A DNA stretch of 64,000 nt. Origin: Acidobacteriota bacterium (GTDB lineage: Bacteria > Acidobacteriota > Thermoanaerobaculia > UBA5066). The stretch covers positions 4,471-68,470 of the forward strand of contig JARXKK010000003.1 in assembly GCA_030278895.1 (NCBI GenBank), given 5' to 3'. How positions within the stretch are numbered: the first letter of the stretch is position 1; each line of letters opens with the position of its first letter. The notes under the pieces were generated by a model. The model was not told the origin of the DNA, made no database searches, and saw only the letters and a list, made by a program, of their open reading frames with translations. The position numbers were made by a program, and so were the translations under genes. Positions 62,053 through 64,000 of this stretch are shown here, piece after piece.

Positions 62053-62295
62053 TCAGGCGTGGAGCTGGGCGTAGCGGGCTTCGAGGACTCCACGCGCCTC
62101 CGCCGGGTCGGCGACGATGCAGCCCTCGATCGGGCAGATTTCGACGCACTTCGGCGCGTCGAACGCGCCGACGCACTCGGTGCAGCGGCCGACTTCGATC
62201 ACGAACGTCGGATCTCCCGCGCTGATCGCGGTGTTCGGACAGTCGGGCTCGCAGGAGCCGCAGTTGATGCAGGTGTCCAGAATCTTCATGGCCAT
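62053..62295 (-). CDS. YfhL-type 2x[4Fe-4S] ferredoxin
   Basis: [12 protein letters not shown] and CTEC....C...CP cluster motifs; 80 aa. Confidence 0.85.
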   Translation of the reverse strand: MAMKILDTCINCGSCEPDCPNTAISAGDPTFVIEVGRCTECVGAFDAPKCVEICPIEGCIVADPAEARGVLEARYAQLHA

Positions 62296-62359
62296 GAGGC
62301 ACCTCCGTTGACGCGCACTGTGCCATTTGCCGCCGTGGAGCGGCCATGATGCACGCGCT

Positions 62360-63658
62360 TCAGGCCCGGCCGAGACCGACGTAATTCCAGCCGGCCTTCT
62401 TCATGTCCTTGGGCTCGTAGAGGTTGCGCAGGTCGACGAAGTTTTTCGCCTTCATCGTGCGTGCGAGGCGGTCGAGGTCGAGCTTGCGGAACTGGTTCCA
62501 GTCCGTCGCGAGCACGAGGACGTCGGCGCCCGCCGCGCAGGAATAAACGTCCTCGGCGAGCTGGAGAGAGGGCATCTCCTTCCGCGCGTTCTCCATCGCC
62601 GCGGGGTCGTAGGCGACGACGTCGGCGCCACGCGCCTGCAGGTCGCTCGCGAGCTTCAGACACGCGCTCTCGCGGATGTCGTCCGTCTCGGGCTTGAAGG
62701 CGATCCCCAGCATCGCGATGCGCTTGCCCTGGAGATCGGGGCAGACCGCGGCGACCTTCTCCACCATGCGCGCCTTCACGTGGTCGTTGACGGAGAGCAC
62801 GGCCTCCATGATCTCGAACGTGTAGCCCACCTTGCGCGCGAGGTCGACCACGGCCGAGGAGTCCTTCGGGAAGCACGAGCCGCCGTAGCCCGGGCCGGGG
62901 CTCAGGAACTGGGGCGCGATGCGCTTGTCGAGCCCCATGCCGCGTGCGACGTCCTTCACGTCGGCGCCCATTTTTTCGCACATCACGGCGACCTCGTTGA
63001 TGAACGAGATCTTCAACGCCAAAAAGCCGTTCGAGGCGTACTTGATCAGCTCGGCCGACTCGACGTCCGACACGACGAAGGGCACGCCCGCGATCGCGAG
63101 CGGCGAGTAGACGTCCTTCACGATCGCGACGGCTTCCTCGTCGCGCGAGCCGATGACGACCCGATCGGGATGCATGAAGTCTTCGATGGCCGAGCCCTCG
63201 CGGAGGAACTCCGGGTTCGAGACGACGGAGAACTTGTACTTTCCGTTCTTCGTCCGGAGGATCTCCTCGATCTGCGCGCCCGTGCCCGTCGGAACGGTCG
63301 ACTTCGTGACGACGACCTTGTATCCGTTCATGTGCGCCGCGATCGAGTCGGCGACCTGGAAGATGAACGACAGGTCGGGAGAGCCGTCTTCCTTCGGCGG
63401 CGTCCCGACGGCGATGAAGATCACGAGGCTGCGTTCGATGGCCTCCGCGAGGTTCGTCGTGAATCGCAGGCGGCCGGCCTTCTCGTTCTTGTGGATGAGC
63501 TCCTCGAGGCCGGGCTCGTAGATCGGCGAGACGCCGTTCTTCAGGAGGGCGATCTTCGCCTCGTCCTTGTCGACGCAGGTCACGTCCATGCCGAAATCGG
63601 CGAGACAGGCGCCTGTCACGAGGCCGACGTAGCCCGTTCCGACCATGCAGATGTTCAT
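62360..63658 (-). CDS. ugd: UDP-glucose 6-dehydrogenase
   Basis: MVGTGYVGLVTGACLA, GGSCFPKD catalytic Cys motif, and a C-terminal UDP-binding domain. Confidence 0.95.
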   Translation of the reverse strand: MNICMVGTGYVGLVTGACLADFGMDVTCVDKDEAKIALLKNGVSPIYEPGLEELIHKNEKAGRLRFTTNLAEAIERSLVIFIAVGTPPKEDGSPDLSFIFQVADSIAAHMNGYKVVVTKSTVPTGTGAQIEEILRTKNGKYKFSVVSNPEFLREGSAIEDFMHPDRVVIGSRDEEAVAIVKDVYSPLAIAGVPFVVSDVESAELIKYASNGFLALKISFINEVAVMCEKMGADVKDVARGMGLDKRIAPQFLSPGPGYGGSCFPKDSSAVVDLARKVGYTFEIMEAVLSVNDHVKARMVEKVAAVCPDLQGKRIAMLGIAFKPETDDIRESACLKLASDLQARGADVVAYDPAAMENARKEMPSLQLAEDVYSCAAGADVLVLATDWNQFRKLDLDRLARTMKAKNFVDLRNLYEPKDMKKAGWNYVGLGRA

Positions 63659-63728
63659 CGGGTGAAGCCTCCGGAGAAGAGAATCCCGGGAACGTCCGAT
63701 CTTACCCTCCGGGTCCGGGAACGACGCA

Positions 63729-64000
63729 TCAGGGACGGAGCAGGATCTTGAGGACGCCGGGCCGCCCGGCCTCGCGGAGGGCCCGTACGGCGTCCCCGAG
63801 CGGGAAGATTCCGGAGACGAGCGGCCGGACGTCGATGCGGCGATTCTTCAGGAGCTCCAGCGCCGGTTCGAAGCGTCCGCACCGCGAACCGACGACCGTG
63901 ATTTCGTTGACGACGAGGGGCGCCGCGTCGAAACGGGCCGGAGCTGCGTGCGTGGACTTCCACACGATCGTGCCGCGCGGCCTGACGAGCGCCAGGGCGC
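63729..64000 (-). CDS. Zinc-type (MDR) alcohol dehydrogenase, C-terminal fragment (5' end outside window)
   Basis: The ORF is open to the window end. The tail ...ITVVGSRCG.FEPALELL....IDVRPLVSGIFPLGDAVRAL is typical of the MDR family. Confidence 0.7.
   Translation of the reverse strand, partial: ALALVRPRGTIVWKSTHAAPARFDAAPLVVNEITVVGSRCGRFEPALELLKNRRIDVRPLVSGIFPLGDAVRALREAGRPGVLKILLRP

Noticed and set aside
1-64000. A search for tRNA, rRNA, CRISPR arrays, IS elements, integrases and toxin-antitoxin or known defence-system genes.
   Set aside because: None was recognised. The intergenic regions are short, and the few long ones (29309-29616, 29935-30157, 56378-56678) show no cloverleaf-like or repeat-spacer structure. 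A covariance-model scan would still be needed to exclude small ncRNAs.

Overview
This is a very GC-rich, densely packed bacterial chromosomal segment. The cell envelope looks Gram-negative: a TonB-dependent receptor, a FadL-type outer-membrane barrel and an O-antigen-ligase-like protein are present. The taxon cannot be fixed from the sequence alone. I can support about 56 protein-coding genes, many joined by 4-nt start/stop overlaps (ATGA, GTGA, TTGA). I recognised no rRNA, tRNA, CRISPR array, transposase, integrase or phage structural gene. Gene blocks in order:
- 1-8.1 kb: TonB receptor, then a coupled lipid-type operon (SDR, Cys-only KAS III, a/b-hydrolase, acyl-AMP ligase fused to a second a/b-hydrolase), then a TetR regulator.
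- 8.1-16.2 kb: housekeeping genes (aminotransferase, TPR protein, proS, MBL hydrolase, maeB).
- 16.2-21 kb: exopolysaccharide-type glycosyltransferases plus a full-length dihydroceramide-desaturase (DEGS) homologue.
- 21-30 kb: a stress island (Lmo0937 peptide, SOD-like, two DUF883/YqjD-like, ferritin-like, AI-2E, YihY, DUF748, DUF1469, DUF3618, BON). At least five sigma-54-type -24/-12 promoters sit at a constant distance from start codons.
- 30-35.4 kb: histidine kinase, Wzy/TPR protein, methyltransferase, mutY, UPF0158.
- 35.4-44.7 kb: an 8-gene minus-strand operon. It links MarC, GNAT, a GGDEF-EAL protein, an ABC importer with no binding protein (duplicated permease plus ATPase with an extra C-terminal domain), a CHAD protein, a secreted NPP-type phosphodiesterase and a CBM9-like protein.
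- 44.8-49.4 kb: methyltransferase, UvrA-family protein and FHA-RDD protein, translationally coupled.
- 49.5-61 kb: a surface/signalling island. It holds a 1034-aa repeat-built secreted protein, a PEGA-tailed Ser/Thr kinase, a FadL/PorV-like barrel, a 34-codon signal-peptide ORF, a ZAS-TPR anti-sigma, an ECF sigma, a sensor-less hybrid kinase and a degenerate GGDEF protein.
- 61-64 kb: UDP-sugar genes.
The signals most worth follow-up are:
- the CHAD/NPP/ABC/c-di-GMP operon;
- a 33-nt bipartite motif present twice in inverted orientation around the ECF operon;
- the sigma-54 promoter series;
- low-GC, rare-codon patches inside conserved genes that share identical in-frame words.
All functional calls rest on motif recognition by eye. 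No database search was run.
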